This document shows, piece after piece, positions 63,109-64,000 of a stretch of DNA of 64,000 nucleotides. How positions within the stretch are numbered: position 1 is the first letter of the stretch; each line of letters starts with the position of its first letter. The notes beneath the pieces were generated by a model. The model saw nothing but the letters and a program-made list of their open reading frames with translations, did no database searches and was not told the origin of the DNA. A program made the translations under genes and the position numbers. Source of the DNA: Basidiobolus meristosporus CBS 931.73. Lineage: Eukaryota; Fungi; Basidiobolomycota. Location of the stretch: the NCBI GenBank assembly GCA_002104905.1, contig MCFE01000494.1, forward strand, positions 1 to 64,000. Reading direction: 5' to 3'.

Positions 63109-63671
63109 GGTTAGGGGAGGGAAAGTCACCAAGTTGGTGAAATCTTTATTTGAGTTAAGAACTAATCTAGGTACAAATAAAGAAGCCAATTAAGAGGTCT
63201 AGAACCTCTCTAATAAGTAATCTAATTTATGTTTTGTCTCATCTCTAATGTTTGTTTCAATAAAGTAAAGCACATCAGGGGTAAATATAAAATTCAGGGG
63301 TTTTGGGGGAAGTACAAATTGTAGATGTTTCTGATCAATATAATCCAAGACTGGAACCCAGCCTGGGATTAGGTGTAGTAGGAAAGGTGTGTGGACTTGT
63401 AAGTAGCTCTGCCACATAGATCTTAGATGGTCCTGAGCCAGTAGTCTTGGTTTCTCAGCTTTGTGAAGTTTTGAAGCAAGCTCTGTTACTACAGCAGAGC
63501 CAACCAGTGTGTGCCAGCAAGAAGATTTCAGGGAGGAGTTAGATTGAAGCCATTGTTTGATGGAGGGGTTATGTGATTTCTGAAGTTTGACTAGGAAGGA
63601 AGCACAGAGTTAGGGGGGGAGGAAAGTCACCAAGTGGTGAAATCTTTATTTACTTATGACAAGTTTCTAAA

Positions 63672-63694
63672 GGGTTAGGGTTAGGTTAGGGGGG
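63672..63694 (+). repeat. Telomeric repeat tract GGGTTAGGGTTAGGTTAGGGGGG
   Basis: Read directly; the longest of the TTAGGG seeds at 61903, 62161, 62555, 62655, 63076, 63109, 63609 and 63672. Confidence 0.85.
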
Positions 63695-64000
63695 AGACAG
63701 TCACCAACAGGTGAAATCTTTATTTCAGTTGAAACAAAGAAGCCAGCGCTACTGTTGTAGCTTTGATACAAGACTGTGTAGCTGAGGGGAATTTGTAGGT
63801 AAGTTAATAAGAAGTGATGATAGCTCTTCAGTGCTCAAGACACTGTTCAGTGGGAAGGGGGGTAGCAAGAGAGGTAAGAATGACTTGTGAACAACATTAA
63901 TGAGGGGAATGTGATAAGGATTGATATTCATCATAAATGGAGTGTGCTGCTGCAGATATTGCTGCCAAAGGTCTGTCAAGTACTTCAGGTAGGCCAGCTT

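Larger units (their letters stand above)
62161..64000 (-). mobile_element. Head-to-tail array of 5'-truncated, telomere-seeded retroelement 3' ends (families A, B, C, D)
   Basis: Units at about 62172-62470 (A), 62471-62554 (D), 62569-62654 (B tail), 62669-63108 (B full), 63118-63608 (C), 63620-63671 (B tail) and 63695-end (A). Each is preceded on + by a (GG)TTAGGG(G)n or TAGGGGGG seed and starts with a TCACC-loop-GGTGA-AATC(T/A)TTATTT motif. Confidence 0.75.

Noticed and set aside
62176-63714. Recurrent palindromic motif resembling a CRISPR repeat array
   Set aside because: Eukaryotic context, irregular spacing (about 75-500 bp), intervening sequences that are themselves repeated or coding, and no cas genes. 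Better explained as retroelement 3' ends.
62161-64000. Hammerhead ribozyme expected for Penelope-like elements
   Set aside because: No CTGANGA...GAAA core found by eye on either strand in this stretch; a covariance-model search is needed.

Overview
Eukaryotic (fungal) genomic DNA. The gene set (single-chain FAS, animal-type PTS, MUL1-like ligase, CFIm68-like protein) and the short GT-AG introns suggest an early-diverging fungus; this is inference only. The window has three compartments. (1) 1-9.6 kb is an AT-rich, CpG-depleted transposon graveyard with a CACTA/EnSpm transposase pseudogene and a nested, inverted Ty1/copia complex. (2) About 9.8-59.4 kb is a gene-dense island: Glo3-type ArfGAP, tetraspanin, PDR-type ABC transporter with a 1-nt frameshift, Sec9/SNAP-25, phosducin-like protein, MUL1-like RING ligase, BAR-PH-ArfGAP-ANK protein, Nudix hydrolase, V-ATPase H, sphingoid-base phosphate phosphatase, CPSF6-like protein, oligopeptidase B-like S9 peptidase, PTS, a 4099-aa intronless fused fatty-acid synthase with two ACPs, SulP transporter and heme-thiolate peroxidase. 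(3) 59.4-64 kb looks subtelomeric: copia LTR clusters, a CACTA fragment, then a head-to-tail chain of 5'-truncated retroelement 3' ends, each joined through a short TTAGGG seed on the + strand. All chain units share a TCACC-loop-GGTGA hairpin, an AATAAA-like signal and a TGGCTTCTTT motif. One unit is a ~440-bp tRNA-headed SINE-like element carrying the same tail as the ORF-coding units. This candidate telomere-targeted retroelement/SINE system is the most novel-looking signal. Exon boundaries were read by eye and are approximate.
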